Positions 13,048-24,269 of a DNA stretch of 64,000 nucleotides are shown in pieces. Location of the stretch: the NCBI GenBank assembly GCA_030390025.1, contig CM059433.1, forward strand, positions 7,752,001 through 7,816,000. The letters are read 5' to 3'. Each line of letters begins with the position of its first letter. Within the stretch, counting starts at the first letter, position 1. The stretch is from Squalus acanthias (taxonomy: Eukaryota). The position numbers were made by a program, and so were the translations under genes. The notes under the pieces were generated by a model that searched no databases, was not told the DNA's origin, and worked only from the letters and a program-made list of their open reading frames with translations.

Positions 13048-13982
13048 CATAGAATGATAGAAGTTTACAGCACAGAAGGAGGCCATTCGGCCCATCGTGT
13101 CTGTGCCGGCCAAAAAAGAGCTATCCAGCCTAATCCCACTTTCCAGCTCTTGGTCCGTAGCCTCGTACGTTACGGCACTTCAAGTGCACATCCAAGTACT
13201 TTTTAAATGCGATGAGGGTTCCTGCCTCTACCACCCTTTCAGGTAGTGAGTTCCAGACCCCCACCACCCTCTGGGTGAAAAACGTTCTCCTCAAATCCCC
13301 TCTAAACCTCCGACCAATTACTTTAAATCTATGCCCCCTGGTTATTGACCTCTCTGCCAAGGGATATAGGTCCTTCCTATCCACTCTATCTAGGCCCCTC
13401 ATGATTTTATACACCTCAATTAAGTCTCCCTTCAGCTTCCTCTGTTCCAAAGAAAACAACCCCAGCCTATCCAGTCTTTCCTCCTAGCTAAAATTCTCCA
13501 GTCCTGGCAATATTCTTGTAAATCTCTTCTGTACCCTCTCTAGTGCAATCACATCTTTCCTGTAATGTGGTGACCAGAACTGCACGCAGTACTCTAGCTG
13601 TCGCCTAACTAGTGTTTTATACAGTTCAAGCATAAGCTCCCTGCTCTTATATTCTATGGCTCGGCTAATAAAGGAAAGTATCCCGTATGCTTTCTTAACC
13701 ACTTTATCTACCTGTCCTGCTACCTTCAGGGATCTGTGGACCTGCACTCCAAGGTCTCTCTGTTCCTCTACACTTCTCAATGTTCTACCATTTAATGTGT
13801 ATTCCCTTGCCTTGTTAGCCCTCCCCAAATGCATTACCTCACACTTCTCCAGATTGAATTCCAGTTGCCACTGTTCTGCCCACCTGACCAGTCCATTGAT
13901 ATCTTCCTGCAGTCTACAGCCTTCTTCCTCACTATCAACCACACGACCAATTTTTGTATCTGCAAACTTCTTAATCATGTCC
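13048..13982 (-). mobile_element. CR1 LINE 3' fragment
   Basis: KFAD-TKIG...LEYCVQFWSPH (ORFs 13484-14041 and 13130-13459). Confidence 0.95.
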
Positions 13983-14444
13983 CCCTGCATATGTGGGAGT
14001 AAGGACAAGAAAAGAGTGCACAGGTTTTCGGGTCCTTCCATGTGACAGTAATATGTTCCATGTGCCGTTTACTTTCCGTGAGGGCAGCAGCAGCTGCTGA
14101 TAGTTCAGCTGCAAGTAGGAGGAGAGAAGGCTTAGTTCCCGTTGCTTATTCGAGTATAAGCAGGTGCAGAGGTGGGAGTGATGTGGCAAGATATGATGCA
14201 GAAAAGGGGTCATGACAAGAAATAATTCCTACCTTGGCCTGACATATTCAGTCATTAAATTTCTTTCGACACTTAAGCCACGTGCTGGGGATCAGGCTGA
14301 CCCCATTGACCTGCTCCACAATGCCCTTCCATGCCTGGGAATGCAAACCTTTGTATAGAAGGGCAACAGAACGTCCTTGCGTGCCCTCACTTTCTGAAGC
14401 AGAATCTCCAGGGTTGCACCGGAGAATTGTAGAGCCCTAGGAAA

Positions 14445-14832
14445 TCTCAGCCCAGTTCACCCTGCAGAGTCCTTCCTCTTCATTGACATCTGGGGACTGG
14501 TGCCCAGGTTGGGAGAACTGTCCCACAGACTAGTCAAGTAATAGCATCACATATCATACTCAGAGTGATATCTAAGAGCCACTATCCCAGACGCCTCCAT
14601 CACTGTACCTGGGTATGTCCTGTCCCACTGGCAGAAAAGACCTACCAAAGGCCCCACAGTGCTATGCAGTTGGGTGGGAGGTCCTGGGAATCCTCGATAT
14701 TAACTCCGGTTCCTATGAAGTTTCATGGCTTCAGGTAATAAAAAAAAGTTCACGAAAACCTCTTGGTGATCACCACCTAACCGTTTCCCCCTCTCAGCTG
14801 ATGAATGTTGAACATTATCTGGCAGAGGCTCT
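14445..14832 (+). mobile_element. Old, degenerate endonuclease-region fragment of LINE family B
   Basis: Aligns by eye to 20380-20780 (ACATCTGGGGACT...CTGTCCCACAGACT...CCTGGGTATGTCCTGTCCCAC). Confidence 0.75.
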
Positions 14833-14835
14833 GAG

Positions 14836-14968
14836 TGCTATCACAACATTCTCAATTTATATTGGTCTCAAACAATACAAAAGATTGAACTTTGGGATCT
14901 TGTCTACAGTTGAACTGTTCCAAAATGTTATATCACAAGCAACAGAAGACATCCTTGAACGCAATATC
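14836..14968 (+). mobile_element. Ty3/Gypsy reverse transcriptase relic
   Basis: ITTFSIYIGLKQYKRLNFGILSTVELFQNVISQ resembles the Gypsy RT TTFxTxxGLxxYxRLxFG...EIFQ block. Confidence 0.7.
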
Positions 14969-15355
14969 TTGTTGTGTACCTCTAACCGTGTGGATGTTTC
15001 ATTAAGGTCCGTCGGATAATATGAAACGAACATCACATAAGAACAATTAAATTGGGTTTTGCCATTTAAGTCTAAGGTTTCATACCCAATGGCCTTTGGC
15101 TTGTGAGTTGTTCTACATAAACCATCTCACAAGCAAACTGTCACAGCTAATGGTTAACATGAGTATAATGCAGTACTGCAAATATTTACTACTAATTCTT
15201 ACCATACTTGGAAGACCTCAAGGATACGATACAAAGCTCAATCTACTGCTAGCAATGATCTTATTTAACTACATCAATAACACTACAACTACCACCATTA
15301 TAAGTCACAGTACTTTGTATAGTTGACAGAATCTGAATCACACAAAGTCACGGCA

Positions 15356-15451
15356 GTTCTGACTAAGGGTCCTCGGCCTGAAACGTTGACTCTGTTTCTC
15401 TCTCCTCGATCCTGCCTGACCTGTTGAGTGTTTCCAGCATTTTCTGTTGTT
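15356..15451 (+). mobile_element. Penelope-like 3' fragment with mutated minimal hammerhead
   Basis: CTGACTA-A-GGGTC-CTC-GGCCT-GAAA-CGTT; 11-bp TSD AAGTCACGGCA/AAGTCACAGCA (15345-15355, 15452-15462). Confidence 0.75.
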
Positions 15452-15656
15452 AAGTCACAGCATTAGTTGGGTTGAACCTACAACTAACTATAAACATTCA
15501 GTTTTCAAGGTTATAGCAAGTACTTGGCAAAGTTCAAAGTTTCACTAGCATGCTTTCAGGTTAAGTTTCCAACATTGATTTTCAATTACAAGATGATGCA
15601 ACCACATCATCCAGTAGTAAATATGCTGTTTGAATAGTTCAGTTTTGATGACAGCT

Positions 15657-16512
15657 GGGGTGAATTTTAACCCCCAAAAACAGGTGGGTTGGGGTTGGGT
15701 GAGACGTTAAAATGTTTAAAAACCTCAAACCCGAACCTAACCCACCTCCAACCCGCCCACTTCCGAGTTTAACGGGCAGGGGGCGGGCAGCCAACCCGCT
15801 CCCAGGAGACGAGTTGGCAATTTAAATATTTTAATGAGGCTGGCAGCCTCTGATTTAACCTGCTTTGTAGGTTTAACCCAGGCCGGCCGCGTTTCCAAGG
15901 TCTTTGGGAAACCCGGCAGCTGAAGGGAGGCCTTTACAGCACTGTTGGTGGTCCGGGAGGAGCAGGAGTGCTTCCCCTGGGCCCCTCGAGCTCCCCCCCC
16001 ACCCCGCCGCCCCATCAGACCACCCCTGCCCCACCATACAAAGTCCCCCCGGGGTCAGGGACAGGAGCCCCCCCCCCCCCCCCCCCCAATGCTCCCAGTA
16101 GCAGCTGCAGGCTCCTTATCCGCGGCTGCAGCCTACTCCGACGTGTTCCCCGCCCAACTGGAAGCCCAAGCCTGTCAATCAGACAGATTTCCGGGCGGGG
16201 ATCCTGTCAAGGAAAAATGTCAGACTGAAACTCCACATCCCGGGTTTCCCGTCCGAAACACCGCAGCCCCCCCCCCCCCATCAAACCTCCTCCCATCAAA
16301 CCCCCCCCCCCACTCAAACCCCCCTACTCCCAAACCCCCACCCCCAAACCCCCACCCCCAGCCCCATACCCCCACCCCCAAACTCCCACCCCCACCCCCA
16401 AACCCCCACCCCCACCCCCAAACCCCCACCCCCAAACCCCCACCCCCACCCCCCCCATCCCCACCCCCAAACCCCCACCCCCAAGCAACCCGCCCCAGAC
16501 AATATCAGGGCT
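15657..16512. mobile_element. Harbinger-type MITE
   Basis: Ends GGGGTGAATTTT / AATATCAGGGCT; 3-bp TSD GCT. Confidence 0.75.
16267..16495. repeat. C-rich (CCCCCA/CCCCCAAA)n low-complexity minisatellite
   Basis: Read directly; G-runs on the minus strand. Confidence 0.9.
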
Positions 16513-16869
16513 GCTGGTTCAGGTTTTCTACATTGTCGTACTTTGCCATCTCCTCATTCTTTGACTTCTCAAAACCATCTTCACCTCCGAAATCTTCTAA
16601 AAGAACTTCTTTGTTAACCTTTTCTGCACGACGTTCAGCCTTAAATTCTTTCAAGCTGTTACAATTTTAACACCACTTCAGACAATTGGACCAATCACAG
16701 CAAGTAAATCCACTGTCGTCAAACGGTTTAAAAGCGATGGCTCAGCTAGAAAAGAAACTGTGTGCAAGATCGTCTGATGCCAAAAAAAATTAGTATAACA
16801 TAATTTTAACGATAAATTTGTTTTCTTTCAAGGATTTTTCTGCACCGTGCTATCAGCCATAAGAGCAGG

Positions 16870-17115
16870 GAGAATAAATCACTTGTTCGTCTTTCATTGA
16901 GCTGAACAAATGTACCAGAAATTGTATCTATCACATAAATTTTTATCTATATGAAATTCAATGTTGCTGACCCACAAGAATGAAGCGAATAAGTGCCCTT
17001 TTGTTTGTCCCTTCATTGAGCTGGACAAATGTACCAGAAACACTACCACGTATCACATTAACTTTATCTCTATAAGCTTTAACATTGCAACTACTTGACC
17101 AAAGAGAATAAATCC
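16870..17115. repeat. Diverged tandem duplication, unit ~117 bp
   Basis: TTCATTGAGCTG(A/G)ACAAATGTACCAGAAA occurs twice; a GAATAA start occurs three times. Confidence 0.8.
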
Positions 17116-17610
17116 TTTTCGGCAGCTAAGTCCTGAAAAGATCAAGATCATGTTAACGTTAAATATAAATTAATTCATTCAATTTTTAGTTAACAATCGC
17201 AAGACTAACTAAAATAAAACCTCTTTGTCATTCCTGATGTACAATTTCCGTATTGTCTGCATTGCAGTACTGACATTCATTGAATTGCTTTGAAATAGTT
17301 AACTTTCTAATTCAACCTATAATTTCAACTGACATAGGATTACACCGGATATACGGTGCAGAAACAGGCCATTCGGCCCAACCTGTCCATGCTGGCGTTT
17401 ATGCTCCACTCGAGCCTTGGCGAAGTCGCCAGCACTTCCCCTATGCACTTGTGAAAACTGCGATTTCAGTAAGATTGGCCCTGAATTTCCGTACGGAGGC
17501 TTCCTGCGGGCGGCTGCCTCCGATCGGGGAAAAAAAAAATCTACGCACTTACCTGCTGGTTCCGTAGATACCGAGGCTTGCGCTCCTGGGCCTCTCCTCT
17601 TCGAAATGTG

Positions 17611-17820
17611 AGAAGTCGCACAACACCAGGTTATAGTCCAACAGCTTTATTTGCAATCACAAGCTTTCGGAGCGCTGCTCCTTCGTCAGACTTCACCTGA
17701 CGAAGGAGCAGCGCTCCGAAAGCTTGTGATTTCAAATAAAGCTGTTGGACTATAACCTGGTGTTGTGCGACTTCTCACATTTGTCCACCCCAGTCCAACA
17801 CCGGCATCTCCACATCATGG
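17611..17820 (+). mobile_element. Penelope-like element insertion with inverted pseudo-LTR (long palindrome)
   Basis: Arms 17604-17689 and 17697-17782 (86 bp, 1 mismatch), 38-nt tail, 15-bp TSD CCTCTTCGAAATGTG (17596-17610, 17821-17835). Confidence 0.85.
17693..17729 (+). ncRNA. Minimal type I hammerhead ribozyme motif
   Basis: Stem I TCAC/GTGA; core CTGACGA; stem II GGAGC-AGC-GCTCC; GAAA; palindromic stem III AGCT; predicted cleavage after 17725. Confidence 0.75.
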
Positions 17821-19036
17821 CCTCTTCGAAATGTGCAGAGGTCCAGGTATCCCAGGAGCTGCATGCCTGAAACCGGCACTTGCGCGGCCCCTACGGGCGC
17901 GTACACACCTTGCACGCACCCGTGGGGGGGGGGGTCGGAAAATCCGGCCCAATAAGTTCTGTTCTTTTTTGTTTGGTATTTGGAGAGCAAGGTGTGTCAC
18001 CAATCCCAAAGAATGCGGCCGCTATCTTGAAGGCACCTCCATTGCAAAGTCCATGGAGTGAGAAGTGATGGTTGCACGCAGTTCACGCTTTATCCCTAAC
18101 CTTGCAATCGTCAGCAAAAGGCTGCAAGAATTAATAGCAAAAAGAGATGTAAAGGGGGAAGTTTTTAACCCCCAGGACCGGCGGGTTGGTGGGGGGCAGG
18201 TGGGAATTTAAAACATATTAAAATCTCAAACCTGACCCCCATCTCTCAGGATTACACCGGCACCGGACCCTTGCCGCCAATGCCTACTCTGGTGTCAGAA
18301 AGCCAGCTGGGGCCAGACCGCCCTGGCACACGGTCTGCAGACAACTCGCCCGCTCAGGCCCGAGCTCCGAGACTGAGTCACAGCAGCCTCCAACCTCCCA
18401 CCTCCCAGGCTGCAGCCACTGAGGAGCAGCATTGGTTGGGAAGAGAGAACAAACCAGACACGAGGGGCTCTCACCAGGGTGGCAATTAGTGGGAGTTGTT
18501 GTCAATCATGAGTGGGGAAATTATGAATTGATCTCTTTGGAGCAAGCCAAAACTGCTTTATACTGTACTTGGAAAATAACATCGATGGACCACAGATGCA
18601 ATGGGTTAATAGACAGTCGGCAAGCTTCCTCGGGCTTTCACTGCAGTGACTCGTTACCGCATTCTACCTGCATGAAAACTGTACAGAGCGAATTTAATAT
18701 TTCAACCTGTTCCTGTTAGTTAACAGAATGTGGTCAAACTCTGGAGGGACAGAGTTAAACCAACAAGTACATACCACCTGCAGACATAGGGGGTGAAATC
18801 GGTCTTCTCCAGCAGCGCGAGACGGGCTCATAGTGATTTGACAGCCCACTTTCCATGGCAAAGAAAATCAGGTGCGGTGTGAAACGGGCTGCCAATTATC
18901 TCCATTGCCTTTTAAACAAAATGCTGGTATCGCCACTCATCCAAGAAATTGTATACTTTTCCTTTGTTTTTAAACCATTAACAGAAACACGCTGACAATA
19001 TTAACAGAATGACTTGGGCTCATTTAGTTTCTTTTA

Positions 19037-19505
19037 GTGTCAGCTGTGGCTCAGTGGGTAGCACACTCGCCTCTGAGTCAGAAGGTTGTGGGTTCACAGC
19101 CCCCACTCCATGGGACTTGAAGCGCATAAAGCTAGGCTGACACTCCAGTGCAGTGCTGAGGGAGTGCTGCACTGTCGGAGGTGCCGTCTTTCAGATGAGA
19201 CGTTAAACCGAAGCCCCGTCTGCTCTCAGGTGGACGTAAAAGATCTCCGTGTGCACTATTTCGAAGAAGAGCAGGGGAGTTATCCCCAGTGTCCTGAGGC
19301 CAATATTTATCCCTCAACCAACATAACAAAAACTGATTATCTGGTCATTATCACATTGTTGTTTGTGGGAGCTTGCTGTGCGCAAATTGGCTGCCGCATT
19401 TCCTACATTACAACAGTGACTCCACTTCAAAAGTACTTAATTGACTGTAAAGAGCTTTGAGACGTCCGGTGGTCGTGAAAGGCGCTATATAAATGCAAGT
19501 CTTTT
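19037..19505 (+). mobile_element. SacSINE1-like SINE, full length
   Basis: Head GTGTCAGCTGTGGCTCAGTGGGTAGC...GGGTTCA, Deu core, tail. Confidence 0.92.
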
Positions 19506-20205
19506 TTCCCCCCTCCCTTTTCTGATGTGATCTGTGTTGTGTAATGTGCTACTTGTAGGTTATCACACCCTAGTTTCTTCATGCAACAACTATTCAGAGT
19601 TAATGGTAAAATTGTTCTTCAATATAAAGAACATCCAGAAGATGGGGCTGTTATAACACAGAACTTATTTGATATTCTATACCGAGAATCAATAGAGAAC
19701 GTTTGAGATGTGCCAGTGAAACTACAGGCTCCCTCCTGTTGTTGGTTATATTGCAGAATACACAGCTGATTATTTTACATTGCAGCCTATGGAAGGTCTG
19801 TAGAATAGCAGATAGTCTGTAGTACATTACAAAGCAGCAACACATGTGATTCCAGGAATGTCATGAACAATAAATTATAGAGCATTACATAGAAACTACA
19901 ACACAGAAACAAGCCATTCGACCTATCTGATCCATGCCGGTGTTTATATTCCACAAGAGCCTCCTCCCGCACTAATTACTTCTTCCCACCCTGACCCGTA
20001 TCCCTCTATTCCCTTCTTCATAGATGCACCAAGCCCCCGCCTTAAACACATCAGTGCTCTCTGCTTAAACCACTCCCTGTGGTAACAAGTTCCACCTTCT
20101 CACCACGCTCTGTGTAAAGAATTTCCTCCTAAATACTTTGGGCTAGAAATTCATCTGTTCAGCGCCTCTCCGTAGCGCCATGAAATGATGATAAAATGGT
20201 GGCCA

Positions 20206-23200
20206 CCGCTCTTTCTCCAGACCCACAGCAATGTGGTTGACTCTTAACTGCCCTCTGAAATGGCCCAGCAAGCCACTCAGTTGTAAAAAAAAAAAGGCTA
20301 CGAAAAACAATAAGAATAAAACCGGTCGGACCACCCGGCATCGACCTCGGCATCGGCTACGGACACGACAACGGCACACCCAGCCCAGTCAAACCTGCAA
20401 AGTCCTCCTCGCCAACATCTGGGGACTTGTGCCAAAATTGGGAGAGCTGTCCCACAGACTGGTCAAGCAACAGCCTGACATAGTCATACTCACAGAATCA
20501 TTCCTTTCAGCCAATATCCAAAACCCCTCCATCACCATCCCTGGGTATGTCCTGTCCCACCGGCAGGACAGACCCACCAGGGGTGGCGGCACAGTGGTAT
20601 AACGTCGGGAAGGAGTGGCCCTGGGAGTCCTCAACATTGATTCCGGACCCCATGAAGTCTCATGGCTTCAGGAAAGCATGGGCAAGGAAACCTCCTGCTG
20701 ATTACCACCTACCGCCCTCCCTCAGCTGATGAATCAGTACTCCTCCATGTTGAACGCCACTTGGAAGAAGCACTGAGAGTAGCAAGGGCACAGAATGTAC
20801 TCTGGGTGGGATACTTCAATGTCCATCACCAAGAGTTGCTCGGTAGCACCACTACTGACCGAGCTGGCCGAGTCCTGAAAGACATAGCTGCCAGTCTGGG
20901 CCTGCGACAGGTGGTGAGAGAACCAACACTAGGGAAAAACCTACTTGACCTCGTCCTCACCAATCTACCTGTCACAGATGCATCTGTCCGTGACAGTATT
21001 GGTAGCAGTGACTACCGCACAGTCATTGTGGAGATGAAGTCCCATATTCACACTGAGGACACCCTCCATCGTGTTGTGTGGCACTACCACCGTCCTAAAT
21101 GGGATAGATTCAGAACAGATCTAGCAGCTCAAAACTGGGCATCCATAAGGCGCTGTGGGCCATCAGCAGCAGCAGAATTGTATTCCACAACAATCTGTAA
21201 CCTCATGGCCCGGCATATCCCTCACTCTACCATTACCATCAAGCCAGGGGACCAACCTTGGTTCAATAAGGAGTGTAGAAGAGCATGCCAGGAGCAGCAC
21301 CAGGCGTACCTAAAAATGAGGTGCCAACCTGGGGAAGCTGCAACACAGGACTACATGCATGCTAAAAAACGGAAGCAGCATGCTATAGAGAGAGCTAAGC
21401 GATCCCACAATCAACGGATCAGATCAAATCTCTGCAGTCCTGCCACATCCAGTCGTGAATGGTGGTGAACAATTAAACAACTAATGGGAGGAGGAGGATC
21501 CATGAATATCCCCATCCTGAATGATGGTGGAGCCCAGCACGTGAGTGCAAAAGACAAGGCTGAAGCATTTGCAACCGCCTTCAGCCAGAAGTGCAGAGTG
21601 GATAATCCATATCGGCGTCCTCCTGAGGTCCCCACCACCACAGAACCCAGTCTTCAGCCAATTTGATTCACTCCAGGTGATATCAAGAAACGGCTGAGTG
21701 CACTGGATACAGCGAAGGCTGTGGGTCCCGACAACATCCCGGCTATCGTGCTGAAGACTTGTGCTCCAGAATTAGCCGCGCCTCTAGCCAAGCTGTTCCA
21801 GTACAGCTACAACACTGGCATCTATCCGACAATGTGGAAAACTGCGCAGGTATGTCCTGTCCACAAAAAGCAGGACAAATCCAATCTGGCCAATTACCGC
21901 CCCATCAGTCTACTTTCAATCAGCAGCAAAGTGATGGAAGGTGTCGTCGACAGTGCTATCAAGCAGCACTTATTCACCGATAATCTGCTCACTGATGCCC
22001 AGTTTGGGTTCCGCCAGAACCACTCGGCTCCAGACCTCATTACAGCCTTGGTCCAAACATGGACAAAAGAGCTGAATTCCAGAGGTGAGGTGAGAGTGAC
22101 TGCCCTTTACATCAAGGCAGCATTTGACTGAGTGTAGCATCAAGGAGCCCCAGTAAAACTGAAGTCAATGGGAATCGGTGGGTGGGCAGAGGGGAACTCT
22201 CCACCGGCTGGAGTTATACCTAGCACAAAGGAAGATGGTTGTGGTGGTTGGAGGTCAATCATCACAGCCCCAGGACATCGCTGCAGGAGTTCCTCAGGGC
22301 AGTGTCCAAGGCCCAACCATCTTCAGCTGCTTCATCAATGACCTTCCCTCCATCATAAGTTCAGAAGTGGGGATGTTCGCTGATGACTGCACAGCGTTCA
22401 GTACCATTTGCAACTCCTCAGATAATGAAGCAGTCCATGCCCGCATGCAGCAAGACCCGGACGACATTCAGGGTTGGGCTTATAAGTGGCAAGTAACATT
22501 CGCGCCACACAAGTGCCAGGCAATGATTATCTCCAACAAGCGAGCGTCTAACCACCACCCCTTGACATTCAACAGCATTACCATCACCGAATCCCCCACC
22601 ATCAATATCCTGGGGGGGGTCACCATTGACCAGAAACTTAACTGAACCAGCCACATAAATACTGTGGCAACAAGAGCAGGTCAGAGGCTGCGAGTGTCTC
22701 ACCTCCTGACTCCCCCAAGCCTTTCCACCATCTGCAAGGCTCAAGTCGGGAGTGTCTTGGAATGTTCTCCACTTGCCTGGATGAGTTCAGCTCCAACAAC
22801 ACTCAAGAAGCTCGACGCCATCCAAGACAAAGCAGCCCACTTGATTGGCACCCCATCTACCACCTTAAACATTCACTCCCTCCACCATCGGCGTACCGTG
22901 GCTGCAGTGTGTACCATCTACAAGATGTACTGCAGCAACTCAACAAGGCTTCTTCGGCAGCACCTCCCAAACCCGCTACCACTACCACCTAGAAGGACAA
23001 GGGCAGCAGGCGCATGGGAACACCTCCACCTCCAAGTTCCCCTCCAAGTCACACACACCATCCTGACTTGGAAATATATCGGCCGATCCTTCATCGTCGC
23101 TGGGTCAAAATCCTGGAACTCCCTCCCTAACAGCACTGTGGGAGCACCTTCACCACACGGACTGCGGCGGTTCAAGAAGGCAGCTCACCACCACCTTCTC

Positions 23201-23275
23201 AAGGGCAACAAGGGATGGTCAATAAATGATGGCTTTGCCAGCGACGCCCACATCCCATGAACTAATTAAAAAAAA
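20206..23275 (+). mobile_element. Near full-length single-ORF CR1-group LINE (APE + RT), family B, with stops and frameshifts
   Basis: ATG 20231, basic leader, ANIWGL...PDIVILTES, RGGG, DLVLTN, GSSDY (APE); NYRPISLL, QFGFR, VPQGS, FADD (RT); A-tail; TGGTGGC on both flanks. Confidence 0.92.
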
Positions 23276-24269
23276 GCTGGTGGCGAGTCCTGCGTCGGCC
23301 GCCATATTCCTCTCCCCCTTCGCACTGCCAGTAACTGGCAGCGCCCTAAAAGATTAAATGGCGGTCTGGTGACATCAATCAGCATGCAACGCCGACTTAA
23401 CATCACCAATGCGAACTTTGACCCTGGGTGACAGTGACGATGGCTTCAGCTCTTAAAGGGACACACACATCATTCAGGTAAGTTTGAATTTAAGGGCTTG
23501 GACTGTTTTTTTTTGATTTTAGTGAAATGGTGGCTTGCTGCAATAGATGTGAAAAGTTTTTTAATTGTTTTCGGAGTGCTGCTGGACGCTTGCAAGGGTT
23601 TGGATGGTAAATGAAGGCCTTTGAGAAGACAGAACATGCTGCAAATACTCATCAGGTTACACAACATCCGTGGAGAGAAAAGCAGAGTTCACATCTCAGG
23701 TCAAGATGCTGACTGACCAATTGTGTATTTCCAGCATCTTATGCTGTCATTTCACATTTACAGCATCCGCTCACAGTGGGAAGAGGAAGATGCAGAAGAG
23801 GAGGAATCAGACGGAACGATGCATCCCAGACAGCCCCTTTTTGGCCGGGATATCCGGGATGGAATCATCCGCCTGTGGTTCCACTGGCTGGGCAGACTAC
23901 CTCTTCTTGTTGACCCACTGGCTGGGCAGGCTGCATTTCTTGGGTGTGTGAAATGAGGAAGGCACAAGAGTGGAGTTGTGCTGACGGGAGGGCGGGAAAG
24001 CAAGAGGTGCATGCCAGAAGGGGGATAATGTACGAGGATACCCGCATCTTGTATCCTTTCAGCCCCGCCGCTGGTCAAGGGCTCAGCCATGCCCCTGCCA
24101 AGAATGGCCTGCACCGTCTCCTCCAAGGGGTGAGGTGAGGCTAGGAATGGGAGATGTGCCTTGTCATTGGTGCAGATTGTTGGTAGGTGAGTGATTGGGG
24201 GTCCTGCATTGAGCAGTGTGCGAGGCTAGTGGTGCAGTTGGTAGGAGACGGCTTTTGAAGATGCACTCA

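Larger units (their letters stand above)
10260..14418 (-). pseudogene. Harbinger Myb/SANT gene relic, split by insertions
   Basis: Exon 1 (~14418-14235) reads RALQFSGATLEILLQKVRARKDVL...WKGIVEQVNGVSLIPSTWLKCRKKFND, then donor AG|GTAGG. Later segments at ~12750-12930, 11925-12090 and 10260-11100 (ESMEESTS, compare RSVEESTS in element 1). Confidence 0.7.
8072..14430. mobile_element. Decayed PIF/Harbinger transposon #2, inflated by nested insertions
   Basis: Left end GGGGGTTCGATTTT; transposase relic on +, Myb exons on -; interrupted by a SINE, two CR1s (one with a solo LTR) and LINE-B. Confidence 0.75.
15607..16745 (-). pseudogene. Possible decayed terminal coding exon of an unidentified gene, split by a MITE
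   Basis: Acceptor GTTTCTTTTCTAG at 16746. With the MITE removed it reads *AIAFKPFDDSGFTCCDWSNCLKWC*NCNSLKEFKAERRAEKVNKEVLLEDFGGEDGFEKSKNEEMAKYDNVENLNQLSSKLNYSNSIFTTG*. Confidence 0.4.
17477..17950. mobile_element. Harbinger-type MITE (deleted relative of 38922-39626) hosting the PLE insert
   Basis: Ends GGCCCTGAATTT / AAAATCCGGCCC; flanks ATT/AAT. Confidence 0.8.

Noticed and set aside
15945..16670. 241-aa proline-rich ORF
   Set aside because: Produced by the C-rich repeat inside a MITE.
18567..18667. Candidate minus-strand exon upstream of the pseudo-exon
   Set aside because: Stops in all three frames and no recognisable homology.
19037..19110. tRNA genes at the SINE heads
   Set aside because: No complete cloverleaf, and each continues into the Deu-SINE body.
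19684..19800. Cys-containing frame (LQCKIISCVFCNIT), vaguely integrin-like
   Set aside because: Cys spacing does not fit, the donor is weak and there are no supporting exons.
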